A stretch of 64,000 nt of DNA from Octopus sinensis. Its lineage: Eukaryota. The translations under genes were made by a program, and so were the position numbers. The notes under the pieces were generated by a model that made no database searches, was not told where the DNA came from, and saw only the letters and a list, made by a program, of their open reading frames with translations. Shown here piece after piece: positions 1 through 13,229 of this stretch. How positions within the stretch are numbered: the first letter of the stretch is position 1; each line of letters begins with the position of its first letter. The stretch spans positions 5,022,001-5,086,000 of the forward strand of contig NC_043006.1 in assembly GCF_006345805.1 (NCBI RefSeq). The letters are read 5' to 3'.

Positions 1-426
1 CATCTTACTGAGTTGCAGACACTGGAAGACTTTCAACACTCGGTGGCCGAGCGTGCGTTTCGGAAAGCTTGACAAAGCGCTGAATTATGCCGATCATGAG
101 AATTCTGGACTCAGCGAAGCAAATATCACTATAGTCTTAGTGTATTGGCCTGATGAGAAAATAATGTTTTATACAGTATTTGCAGAAGAGAAACAAGGAA
201 CGTATTTTAAAATAAAGGAAGGAAAGAAAAATAACCTGAGAACAATTTACAGAAATACAAACCCCTAGTTTATATAGCTCAGTACTTGATATAATTTCTC
301 CAATATCGTTAAGGCTGCTTTTGAAGAATATGTTACAGTAATTTGTGATTAAGTCCTGTGCCTGAATCTGTATTGCCTTCTCTTTTAAATTCGAAATTGA
401 TGAATCATTTTTTTTTTTTCTGAACA

Positions 427-585
427 GGAGTGGCTGTGTGGTAAGTAGCTTGTTTACCAACCACATGGTTCCGGGTTCTGTCCTACTGCGTGGCACCTTG
501 GGCAAGTGTCTTCTACTATAGCCTCGGGCCGACCAAAGCCTTGTGAGTGGATTTGGTAGACGGAAACTGAAAGAAGCCCATCGTA

Positions 586-629
<44 letters not shown>

Positions 630-848
630 TGTGTGGGTTTGTGTGTCTGTGTTTGTCCCCCTAGCATTGCTTGACGACCGATGGTGGTGTGTTTATGTCC
701 CCGTTACTTAGCGGTTCGACAAAAGAGACCGATAGAATAAGTACTGGGCTTACAAAAGAATAAGTCCCGGGGTCGAGTTGCTCGATTAAAGGCGGTGCTC
801 CAGCATGGCCGCAGTCAAATGACTGAAACAAGTAAAAGAGAGAGTAAA
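427..848 (+). mobile_element. tRNA-derived SINE family A (octopus OR-like), with internal (TA)n
   Basis: A box TGGCTGTGTGGTAAG, B-box-like GGTTC(T/A)GTCC, CORE-like GGCACCTTGGGCAAGTG. Tail ends GACTGAAACAAGTAAAAGAG. About 10 copies in the window. Confidence 0.9.
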
Positions 849-2048
849 GAGAGAATTTGTTAAAACCAACCTAATTGCGATGTTAAAGTTATTAAACCTC
901 TCATAACATATTTAGTGTATTTGGCTGGTCCACTTGATTAAAAAGATGTCAACTTATTCTAATTGCACCAAGAAAGTTTTTTAATCCTGTTTGCTCTCTC
1001 ACGTTTAACTTTAACCCTTATGACCCCCGTTGTCACATAAAGAGATGAAATATATATGCATTGCTTTAATAATTAACGGTTTGAGATTTTTGGCTTAATT
1101 ACTCTTCTAACCATGACGCCTCAAACGTGAAATAGACACGAGTGGAGTTGGGCAAATCTTAAATGTACACACACACACAAACACATACACACACAACTTT
1201 CTATGTATATTTGTATATGTGAAAACCAAACACGCATATATAAGTTGACAATAAACTCGCTATGAATAAATGTATATACATGACACCACAAAGACACATA
1301 CATTTTTATAAACACATGTGTGTGTACATAACGCACACACACACACACAAGTATACATATATGTATACATACATATATATAGATAGATATATATGCCGAA
1401 ATACATACACACACACTCGCACACACACATGAAATTGCTTTCTTGATGTTTCCGAAATAAGTTAGCGTGGCTACTTAATTTGAAATCGCGGTAGTGACTG
1501 AGAGTTGAATACTTTAATGTAGCGTATCAAAATCATAATATAAAGTCTTTTGGCTTCCAAATCAACTCGCCAGTTGCAATAAAGGCTGTTATAGGAAAAC
1601 GTTTTAACCTTTGTGAAGGACTATTTTAGAATGTTGTAATCTTAAGAAGTTACTAAAGACTGCCACCCACTTAAGATGGAGTCAAACTGATTTTCCAAGC
1701 AGACATACAGTCGCCATTTTAATTCCAGTATGACTTCCCAATTTTTTCATACACTTAATACTAAATACAACCATACATACACACATGCATATAAACACAC
1801 ACATAAACTCTTCTCTCTCACTCTCTCACAAAGACAGACAGACAGACACTCACACACGCTTAAACACACCATACATACATGTACAAACACCAACTCTTTT
1901 TGACTTATATTTAAGAAGGCAATAGTTAAAGTTGCACGCGAATTAATCAAAGATATTTAAAAAGTGTGATTTTCTTTTTTACACATTTAATTCAATCACA
2001 CAAAGCCGGATGTATTTCTGCATTTCTGATTGTTCGTTAGCTCATCCA

Positions 2049-2109
2049 CCTACCTACCTACCTACCTACCCACCTACCTACCTACCTACTTACATACATA
2101 CATACATAC

Positions 2110-2184
<75 letters not shown>

Positions 2185-2185
2185 C

Positions 2186-2224
<39 letters not shown>

Positions 2225-2248
2225 CCTATCTATCTATCTATCTGTCTG

Positions 2249-2299
<51 letters not shown>

Positions 2300-2308
2300 C
2301 TCTGTCTG

Positions 2309-2368
<60 letters not shown>

Positions 2369-2390
2369 CCTACCTACCCTCCTACCTACC
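2049..2390. repeat. Compound tetranucleotide microsatellite (CTAC)n(CATA)n(TATC)n
   Basis: Direct reading. Confidence 0.97.
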
Positions 2391-2538
2391 TAATTCATAT
2401 ATACTGTCATATATTTACGTGTATCTACTCATGACTGTATTCATCTAAAATTAGTGCACACGATTAAAAAAATTATGCATGATAGTATATAATATATAAT
2501 ATGATATATAATATATATGTGTGCATGCTTCAGGTGCA

Positions 2539-2687
2539 TGAGTGGCTGTGTGGTAAGTAGCTTGCTTACCAGCCACATGGTTCCGGGTTCAGTCCCACTG
2601 CAGTGGCACCTTGGGAAACTGTCTTCTACTATAGCTTCGGGCCGATCAAAGCCTTGTGGGTGGGTTTGGTAGATGGAAACTGAAAGA

Positions 2688-2718
<31 letters not shown>

Positions 2719-3092
2719 TGTATGTGTTTGTCTGTGTTTGTCCCCCACTCCAACATCGCTTGACAACCGATGCTCGAGTGTAACTTAGCAAAAGAAGCCG
2801 AAAGAATACGATAGAAGCACGTCGTATATATGAATACACAAACATACACACACTCACACATATATATTTGTATGTATGTGTATGTGTGTATGTTTCTGTC
2901 TGTGTTTGTGTTCCCAACATCGCTTGGCAACTGATGCTGGTGTGTTTACATCCCCGTAACTTAGCGGTTCGGCAAAGGAGACCGATAGAATAAATACTAG
3001 GCTTACAAAGAATAAGTCCTGGGGTCGATTTGCTCAACTAAAGGCGGTGCTCCAGCATGGCCACAGTCACATGACTGAAACAAGTAAAAGAG
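2539..3092 (+). mobile_element. SINE family A with partly duplicated 3' half
   Basis: Same head and tail as 427-848. The block TGTGTTTGT..CATCGCTTG.CAAC occurs twice (~2730 and ~2900). Confidence 0.9.
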
Positions 3093-3189
3093 TATATGAA
3101 TACAAAAAAATAATAATACATATAATAAATGTATATAAAAATGTTTCATACAAGCGAAAATAAAAACAAGCTTAAACAACCACGCGATT

Positions 3190-4333
3190 TATTCTATCAG
3201 TGATATGATTACTGCTTTGTTCACGTATCGTCTGCAATTTTGTTGGTAGACCCATTATTTTCTACTCAAAGAATTTTCTGTTTTATACTGGCGAAAATCT
3301 CTTCCAGGTTAATTTTTATATCCTTTTCAGTGTTCAATTAATGGATTTTGAAGAGATCCGAACAGGTAGAAATCTAAAGGCGTAAGATCGGGTTTGCGTG
3401 CAAGGTACGAAGATACTTTTCAGTCAAGCTCGAATAGCTTCTGACAAGTCTGCAAAGAAGTGTACGGTGTGGCATTGTCGTGATGAAAGACAATGCCTTT
3501 ACGATTAGCTAGTACTGGACACTTCTAGTGGATCGCTGCTTTTAATTTGTCTGGCTGATCACAGTACACATCTGTATTGATGGTCCTGTCTATGGGAAGC
3601 AGCTCGTAAAAGGCAACACCCTTCCAATCCTATCACACTAAAAGCATAACCTTCTTTGAATGAAGGCTTATTTTGGAGTTGTTTCTCCCACCATGATTGT
3701 TTGCGCTTTACATTGTTATAGACGCCCCACTTTTTGTTCCTAGTCAACATCCTCTTCAGGAAAGGATCGTTTTCTTCACTCTTATTCAGCGAATCGTAGA
3801 TGGAAGACTGTTGGGCGAGATTAGCCTCATTCCATTGATGTTGGACCCAAACATCGAGCCTACTGAACTAACCGAATTGAATCAAATGGTTTTCTACACT
3901 CCATTGAGAATACCTGCGAACACCCTGGTCGTGTAACAGGGGTTTGGTGACGACTAACTCCTTCTCAGTTGGCCGACCAGTGCGAGAACCGAAAAATTTC
4001 CTGATCGACATCTTGAAAACCACTTTTAGCACAAAAGTGATATAAAATCTTCTTCTCCTTACAGAGTGCATACCTTGCAGGTTTACGCCACTTTCTTGCG
4101 CTTTTTTTAAACAAAAGATCATGAGGTGTTGATAGAATTCGCTTTGATTCACCATTTCGGGATCATCCCAAGTACACAAGACACATCCAGTCCCGTCGTT
4201 ATTTCGCATCGAACTATGTTGAAATGCTAAATATCTAACGAGTGCGCATGCGCAGGGGCAGGCTGAAATTAGCTACCTGTTAGAATACTTGAAGAATAGT
4301 ATCCACAAAAAGCGATCCACCTTTAGTCCAACA

Positions 4334-4340
<7 letters not shown>
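3190..4340 (-). mobile_element. Degenerate mariner (DD34D-type) transposon
   Basis: Minus-strand remnants include HTH-linker RTGRP and HDNATPH. Many stops and frameshifts. Confidence 0.75.
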
Positions 4341-4375
<35 letters not shown>

Positions 4376-4399
4376 GAACGAAAATGCACAGTGTTCTTT

Positions 4400-5880
4400 A
4401 TGCGTTCATTAATTCAAATATTGCATAACCAAAATTGGTTATGCATTCGTATTCAGGCAACATTTGTATTTTTCAATAAATATATTTTCCTTATTAATCG
4501 TTCTTGTATAGAAATAGTTTGCTTGCTCTGGTAGATAGGGAAAACCCTGAAGTTTGATTGGAGATTCCCTGCACATCTCTCATTGGTATTTCTCTACACC
4601 ATTGGAAACGAATCTATCCCTTATGAAGTGTAGTTCTCCGTCTAAGTGACATCATTGGTTGACCAATATAATTGTGTCTGCAACCTGAAGAAGTTATCAC
4701 ATTAGATTTTCGGATGCACACGTGAAATTGGTCTTGTGAATCACTGTCCTTGTTTGAAATGGAATTCTGAGCCTTTCAGTAGGTTGGGGTGTGTTCCACA
4801 ATTTGGATGTCCACATTTTTTAACTATTGGTTTCATTGTCGTTGGGTATAACTTCGCATTTGTCTGTTGTCTTTTTAGTGATTTGGGTTGTGTTTTTACA
4901 TTTGAGGAATTAGGATCCCTAGTGAGCATTAGCAGATTTTGAGTAAATGTGCTGTATGCCTCATTATTTCTGGGGTTGTGTGTCGATATATAGAGCAGTA
5001 TTTTTAGATGAGGTGTGTGATTTCGTTTTGTTTCCCTTAGTGTTTTGATGCCTACTTTTTTTGGCACGTTTAATTCCATTATCTGCAAGTGAGGGTAGAC
5101 AGTGTCTCACGACTAGTGTTGTTCTGAGGTCTTGCAATCAAAAGACTACAGCTTACTTGGAGATTTCAGAGGTATTGAAGTCGAAAATCCTGAGTATTTG
5201 CATCAGACGCTTTTGCTCAAATCTTTTTCGCTAAATAAAACGAATATTTCTTTTGGTGTGTGTTGGGTAGCATGAACTAAACAGAAGATACTGCTTTGAG
5301 TCCGTTGACATTGTGTTACCTTATGTGGATCGTTTGATAATCCTGTATTTCGAGAGAAAATCCCTTTTTCAAATATAAGACAGTAGAAAAACAAAGGGGT
5401 CAAGTAAAATGCTATTATCGATGTGTTTCGAATAACAACATATTTCTTCGGAATCTTTATTGCTTTGTATTGAAAATGGATTGATCCCAGAATATTATAG
5501 GGTCATTAACTAACCAATGTTACAATATCTTTATCGCTGACATTACCTTACATGTTTTGGTTAAAATCCTCGCCTGCATTGGTCAAATGTTTATTTCATT
5601 TACATGTACTAATACATATTAGGTATACACAGTTGTAGGGTAGAGTTAATTTGTTTTGATATTGGTCCTTGAGTGTCTTTGGTGCTGTTAACTCTGTTGT
5701 AAACATTCGGACCTAATCCTTGTTTGAGGATAACTGGTTTGACAAACAGGCCCGACGAAATAGGCTGGAATAGGCCCAATGGCCGACCAGTTGACGTTCC
5801 TTTTGGACAATTACAAGTCGGTAGCTATCTGGAGGGAATTACTGATTCCCTTTCAAAAGTTCTGTATTGGAAGGACTAGT
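4400..5880 (-). mobile_element. Degenerate Penelope-like retroelement (RT thumb + GIY-YIG endonuclease)
   Basis: TDSKQYLLFSSCYPTHTKRNI (PLE RT C-terminus), KKCGHPNCGTHP, then FTCASENL..GCRHNYIGQ..SLRRR (GIY-YIG) across frameshifts. Confidence 0.75.
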
Positions 5881-6468
5881 TGTAGTGATTAGTATGAGTT
5901 GGAGGCATGGAAGTAGCATTGATTATGAGAGGGTGAGAGACAGCGAATATGGAATGCTTCGATGAGGGTGGCACGAGATCAACCTGCTCTGGATGAGCAG
6001 AGATCACTGTAGCAGAAGAGGACACAAAAGAAGGGAAAGAGAGAGTGTGTGTGTGAGTTAAATAAAGAGAGAGATAAGAAAAATCAGAGAGGGAAAAATA
6101 GCACATTTGTGGATCCCAGTTTGTGAAAAATAAATAGTTAAGTAGGAGAGCAATGAGTATGACTATGTGGGAGTTTCTGTCGGTTTGGGAATGTGATTTG
6201 GACACATTATGCATTCACATTTTGCATTTCTTATCATTTCATCGTGTAAATGATTATGAATCGTGGGCGGGATTGTGGGAATGTTCTAGTACAGGTGGAT
6301 CTTATATGAATATATGTGTGCGTATCCGTAGGGGTACATTGATTTATTTGAATGTATATGTGTGTGTGTGCGTATATGTGTATGAGTGTGTATATTAGAT
6401 AAAACTACAGATTTTTCTATATGTTTGTATGTCAGAATATTGATATACACCTAATTTATAAGTAGTAC

Positions 6469-6523
<55 letters not shown>

Positions 6524-7079
6524 CTGCATGCTTGTATAGCCGAAAAGTCTCTTAGATATGTTTACTTATCGTGGCATGCTTCTTTGCCGAGAATTTCTCT
6601 CTATCTTCGAGCTCAGATTTCGTTTTCATTTCTAAACATTTCCGTCGTGAGTATTATTCATTGTTTATTGGTATTCGTAATTCTATTTGTTATTGTTCAG
6701 TCCACCGAGTGAGTTCTGCTCCTCTCATTCTCTAAACACACTACTTTGTTTATTATGACGGCAACGTCCAATAAGGCCGCATAGTGCAGCTGGGTTTTGC
6801 TTCGTCCTATACGTTCTTGGACCGAAAACCTTTTCTCATGCTGGGTGTTCATATCGGAGAAATATTCTCTTTCCCCCTCCTCCTCCTAAGACTCTTTACA
6901 GAATAAAGTAGACAATTAGTTAATGACAGAACATAAACCACCACTAGTACACATGCACAAACTGAGAGAATAAGAAATGAAGGGTGTTCATGATTGGGGG
7001 TGGTCTGTATTTACGTCTGCATAATTACTAACATTATATAATACGAATGACATTCTCTCTCTCTCCCTCTCTCTTTTTC

Positions 7080-7223
7080 TATATATATACGTGTATATAT
7101 ATATATATGTGTGTGTGTATATGTATGTGTATTTATATATGCGTATATATATGTGCATGTATGTATGTATACATGTATATATGTATACATGTATATACAC
7201 ACACACACACACATATATATATA

Positions 7224-7270
<47 letters not shown>

Positions 7271-7905
7271 GTATATGTGTATATATATGCATGTGTATAT
7301 ATATATATATGTGTATATATATGCATGTGTATATATATGTAATTATATATACTTATATGTATATATATATGCATGTGTATATATATATATGTATATATAT
7401 GTATGTGTATATATATATATTTATATATATGTATGTGTATATATATATATATATGTATATATATCTATATATATATATGTGTGTGTGTATATACATATAT
7501 ATATGTATATGTGTATATATGTGTATGTATTTGTATATGTATACATAATATATATATATATATATATGTGTATATATATATATATGTATATGTGTATATA
7601 CATATATGCATGTGCATATATATATATATATGTGTATATATATATGTATATGTGTATATATATATATTATATATATGTATATGTGTATATATATATGTAT
7701 ATGTGTATATATATATGTATATATATGTATGTGTATATATATATATTTATATATATGTATGTGTATATATATATATATATGTATATATATCTATATATAT
7801 ATGTGTGTGTGTATATACATATATATATGTATATGTGTATATATGTGTATGTATTTGTATATGTATACATAATATATATATATATATATAATGTATATAT
7901 ATATA
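7080..7905. repeat. Degenerate (TA)/(TG) minisatellite array
   Basis: Direct reading. Source of the spurious Y/I/V/C-rich ORFs. Confidence 0.95.
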
Positions 7906-8265
7906 TTATTGTTCCTTCTTACGAAATATATAGAACTGATTAAGAAGTGCTCGGATCGAACCCGAGACAAACGATAAAAAAAAGAAACTTGTCAGTCCTT
8001 TTTCCCACACTTCTTTCCATGTATCCCACATGGGTTTTATTTGCATGTATTTTTTATGTATATTATATATATATATTATATATATATATATTATTGTTCC
8101 TTCTTACGAAATATATAGAACTGATTAAGAAGTGCTCGGATCGAACCCGAGACAAACGATAAAAAAAAGAAACTTGTCAGTCCTTTTTCCCACACTTCTT
8201 TCCATGTATCCCACATGGGTTTTATTTGCATGTATTTTTTATGTATATTTATATATATATATATT
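7906..8265. repeat. Tandem duplication, 185-bp period
   Basis: TTATTGTTCCTTCTTACG... starts at 7906 and 8091. The non-microsatellite part is identical. Confidence 0.95.
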
Positions 8266-8431
8266 TATATTTTTAAACTATTTAAAAAATATTCCTATAT
8301 ATCGATATGTATTAATATACATATATATATATACGTATCTTAAGTCGAATTTATAACTGTATGAGTATGCATAAAATGTTGATTGCCTAATTTGAGTATA
8401 TATCTTAATTCTTATATATATATTATTGCCA

Positions 8432-8590
8432 TCCAGGTGTGGGGTCCTATATGGGACAGTGCTACGGATGTTTATAGCCTCAGGAAAACGTCACGTCTCT
8501 TCCAGTTGGCTAACGACACATTCTGCGTCCGATTAGTATTTGCGAGGAGAGGTAATCGCTCCATCCTTAGCCTTACGTGATACACACGGA
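8432..8590. mobile_element. Partial copy (left arm + loop) of the foldback element at 11235-11799
   Basis: Shares GGGACAGTGCTAC..TTTATAGCC..TCTCTTCCAG.TGGCTAACGACAC..TCCGATTAGTATTTGCG..CTTACGTGAT. Confidence 0.85.
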
Positions 8591-8634
8591 CTCGAGTTTC
8601 TGGGTGGTTACCCGTCCTCAGCGAGTGTTAATCA

Positions 8635-11160
8635 TTGATTTATTTATTAGAAGGACAATACATGGTGTTACAAACATATAAATGTGCTAAGTGAGCTTAT
8701 ATTTAAAAATTCGATAAATCATATATATATATATATATAAATTTAAAATTTTCCCTTTTTTTTCACAAAATATGACCGGAATGCCAGCTACTACACCTTG
8801 CTTTTACCATGGGTGGAATAAAGTAGGAGCAGTCACTCCCAACTTCCTCACGACATCCTTCCATCTTTTCTCATATATACTTCGCGACAGGTGTCTCCTC
8901 ACCAGCCCTATCTTGCTCTTCAGGTGGTAGCTGAAGTAGTATAGCAAACCAGGGCCGGAGATGAAGGATCCTGTCACGATTCCTTGCATTCTTGTTCTCC
9001 ATGCACACTCTTTCGTTACTGCGACCGTACACAGAAAGCATGCTTCACCTTCCTTTGATAGACCGGTTGGCTGTACAATCTTTATCACAGACTCAGCTGA
9101 TAGCTGTACTCTTCCCAGGTGTTGTACAAGAGTGTGCAAGACAGTTTCCTTGTCCTTCCTGCACCTTGGGCATGCCGGTCGCACTGATATTCCGTGCCTG
9201 GACAATTTATCGCGGACAGGTAACGCATCCCTGTAACACTGCCAGGTCATGGATCTTTGGTAATTTTCCAAATACCCGACCTGTGGTTTTTTGAAACAGG
9301 TTGGCTAGCTGGTACTCATCGAACCCCAGGGCCTCTCCTAGGACATCAAATACAGAGGTGGCGTTTCTGCTGCCGGCCTTGCCCGCCCTGTGGATTAGCG
9401 TGAGTGCCTTTCGGCATGCCCTTTGCCATTCAGTTGTATTCTGTCGGGTGTAAATTCCTCCAAGGAGGTCGGTCGTGGAAAGAATTCCTCTGCAAGCGAA
9501 TTCCACATCTGGCCACCATCCTGGTAGAGCCAGAGGTGCTTTAGCCTCTGTGCATGCCTGCACATCAATAGCCGCGGCATCCCTAACCCACCCTTTAGCG
9601 GTTCTTGACAGTACACGGAGCGCCTCACAAGCGGTTTTCCCCTCCACAAAAAGCAGAAGAGAAGTTGCACCAACTTGCATAGCCCCGAATCAGGGCAAAG
9701 GACAACGGTCAGACAGTAGGTGATAACAGACGCAATATACACCTGCACCACCTCCGCCCTCCCTTTTAGGGACAGCGCCCTCCAGACCAGGTCCGGACTA
9801 GGGTCTCCATCCTGCCTGCCACCTCACTCCAGTTCTTCGTCTGGGAGTCTGGACCGAACCAAACAACTTAACAGGACCATTCGTCCAGTGACCCATGACA
9901 CCGGACGTTATCGGCTTGCCGCTCCAGGTGCCTAGTCGCAAACCGATGGACCTGTCCTTGTTAACTTTTGCTCCTGCCACCGCCTCGTATCCTTTGATTG
10001 TATTTTCTACACAAGGTAGCTGAGCTACATTGGACACGGTGATGGTGACGTCATCCGCATATGCAGAAACAGACATAACACATCCGATTTCATTGGGCAT
10101 CCCTCCAAACTCTCCAACCTCCACAGCAATGGCTCAAGAGTCAGTACATACAGAAGCGGAGACAGGGGGCACCCTTGCCGAACCGGATCTGGCCGCGATT
10201 CGAGTATTTCATTTGAGGCTTGAACTACCATCTCGAGAGTTTGACCATGCCAATTTAGAGTCTCTCTCTTTTTCATTTGGAGTATTGTTATTTCTTCTTC
10301 TGCGTCGTAAATTACGGCTCTTGCACTCCATGTTGCATCATAACCAGCTGGTATCTCCTCTATTGTTATTTTTGCAGTTCTCCGGCCTAGGTAGGTCGGG
10401 ACAAACATTATTTCATCACTTTTTAAAGTTTGTGTCAATATTTCTTTTGTTGTTTCAGCATTCTCGAATTGCACCTCAACAGTGGGGCTTCTTGGCCCTC
10501 GACCGATATAGGTAATTTTTCCCCATATAGGGGCGAGACACTTTTCTACCACCTCGTTCTTCACTGACATAATTCTTTTTTCTTTACGGTTGTATATTCT
10601 GTATACTACCGTTCTAGCAGTTAAATGTTGTATCATATCCTGTGGTAGCAGAACTTTTGTTTCGTTGCTACTTTTCTTTATATGGTTCCAAAATTTAAAT
10701 AATTGTTCCTTCGACACCTCCAATTCACAAAAATTACCACCAACGGCAGCAGAGAAACTTGGCTTTTCCTTTCCTTCCTGGTACCCAACTTGGTTACTTT
10801 CTTTCATTGCCGGGAAATCCTTCCATTGAGAACAGAAGGTCGACATTTGACAACAAATTCAACTCCATTTTTACAAACGGCCTCCGAAATTCAAAAAGAA
10901 GCGTAAATATTTTTGTCAAAAAATGACAATAATTAATTTTTTACCCTGAAACGGGTAAAAAAATTAAGAAACAGTTCAACAAGTTATGAATAAAACAATA
11001 TTCTGCCCCGTAGGGCGAAACTTTTCGTCAAAACGACGACAACGGTTCAATTTCAACAAGATCTCAAACGTAAAAATTTCAACAGATAATCAACAACAAC
11101 AAAAAATATTAACCAAATAAACTCACTAAGCAGCAGCAGCGGCAGTCGAACGCAGAAGAG
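8635..11160 (-). mobile_element. Tx1/L1-clade LINE copy 1, internally deleted (ORF1 fused to 3' half of RT)
   Basis: ORF 10025-10846 is ORF1-like and jumps into VRQGCPLSPLLY. SAYADDV at ~10050-10061. C-terminal CPRC zinc motif and TAATAAATAAA tail. Confidence 0.9.
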
Positions 11161-11234
11161 TGACAATCACCAGCTTGTGATGAAAGTTCACTTCACTCGC
11201 AAAATACTAGATGCTTTTTCCAGCGGCAGACCAT

Positions 11235-11799
11235 CGCTGATCTCGAAGAAGAAGAAATAAGCTATATTAAATCTGAGCGATATGTAAACAGTAGCAACAG
11301 AGAATCGTAACATTTAATCGCCAGCCAAGTGTGGCGTCCTTTACGGGACAGTGCTACTGACATTTATAGCCCCAGGAAGCCATCTCTTCCAGCTGGCTAA
11401 CGACACACATTCTGTGTCCGATTAGTATTTGCGAAGAAAGGACATCGCTCCCATCCCTAGTCTTACGTGATCACAGAATGTGTGTCGTGAGCCAACTGGG
11501 AGAGATGTCTTCCTGGAGCTATAAATGTCAGTAGCACTGTCCCGTATAGGACGCCCTGATGTAATCTCCAGGGATACAGGCATCCAGCAACAGGACCTCC
11601 GTAATGCCATGATGAACCGTGAAGTCTGGCGTAGCATGGTAAATTCCATTGTCTCGACCACGGTCGAACAATGATGAATGATGATGATGATAGGACGCCA
11701 CACTTGGTCGGCAATTATATGGTACGATTCCGTATTGCTACTGTTTTCATCTCGCTCAGAGATTTAATATAGCTTATTTCTCCTTTTCCGAGATCAGCG
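11235..11799. mobile_element. Foldback / long-TIR non-autonomous element
   Basis: ~180-bp imperfect inverted arms (11235-11416 vs 11472-11799, minus an insert) around a 55-bp loop. Confidence 0.85.
11556..11690 (+). mobile_element. 5'-truncated RTE LINE 3' end with (ATG)n tail
   Basis: Near-identical to 38746-38868. 9-bp TSD TAGGACGCC at 11547-11555 and 11691-11699. Confidence 0.9.
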
Positions 11800-13229
11800 G
11801 CAAAAATTTTAGAAAATTAAAAAAGAAATAAGTGGAAATTTTACCGGTGAGTGTTTTAAATTATAAGGTACTAAAAGACAATGACTCTCCCCAGACACAA
11901 CAGAATATGCTTCAACACACGAACTCACATAAAGAATCTTACAAACCAAATCCAAAAACGATTATAAAGTACTTCACTGTAAATCCTGAGTTCCTTTCAT
12001 TGGATTTCCTGCAGCATACAGAATATTATAATCAAACTATCATAAAGAAGAATTTAGTATTATACATCTTCAAAATTTATATTTTAAAGCATTATTCTCC
12101 GAAACATGTTGCTACTGGTTAAGTGTCCTTATTTCCTTTGACGTAGCAATTATCTGCATTTAGTTGATTTAAATTCAAGTGTGTTACAGTACATATTCAT
12201 CCAGCGTAGACATTCCCTATGCAGCTTTGTTCAAGGTTTTACCTATGCGGATGGGTGAAGCGAACTGAGGATGCAAGTATAAGATAGGCCTTCTTGTGAG
12301 ACCATTATATCTGAGAGTACAAGAGTGTTGAAATACGCTATGACTAGAGTTCTATTATCACTTAAAATTAGAATGGCATTTTTTTTTAGATATTAAGGGA
12401 ACACATCATTTTATACTTTTACTTGTATAAAGAACCTTAAATAGGTCAAGATGTATTCACACCACTGACCACTCATAATGAAGATAGATGATATATTTAA
12501 AAAGATTCGAAAGAAAGAGGAAATATAAATATGTCATGTGGGTAATCTGTCCAGTCTATAGGAAGAAAGCATTAATCGAGAAGAATGAAGTAAATCGGAA
12601 AAGAAAAGCCAACAACAAAATATAATTGTGAAGTTTAGAGCAACTAACATATGTACCTTTGCGATTATTTGCCCAGGTCAACTTGTGTGCCCTTTTATCC
12701 AAGGCATCATAAAGAAGAATCGAGAATTGCACATCTCTAAAATTTATTTATTGCAACAAATTTGACAGTTTTTTACGTGCTCATAGATGACTAAAATATC
12801 TTTCTTGCACGATGTAATTCTCTCTCTCTCTCTCTGTCACTCTCACTCTCTCTCACACACATACATATGTGCATGTATGCATGTATGTATGTATGTATGT
12901 GTGTGTGTTTGTATGTATGTATGTATGTATGTATGTATGTATGTACGTATATACATATATTTTTAATAATATATTATTATTAGTAGTATCAGGAAATTAA
13001 TAATAATAATATATTATTAAAAAATATATGTATATATCGCTCGTATTAAATATATAAATACTTTAATAGTATTAACATTTTTATACAATGGAGCACTCAA
13101 TATAAAGTCAGTATATAATATTCTTATTGAATATATTTACCTCAAGATTTATGTATGTACGTATATAGAAAAATCATTACTAATTCAAGCAAATGGTAGT
13201 ATAAAAGAAATAAATGAAGTTGAAAATAT

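Noticed and set aside
2010-2434. (IYLS)n ORFs
   Set aside because: Translation of (TATC)n.
6988-7943. Long Y/I/V/C-rich ORFs (up to 298 aa)
   Set aside because: Translations of (TA)/(TG) repeats, which lack stops in some frames.
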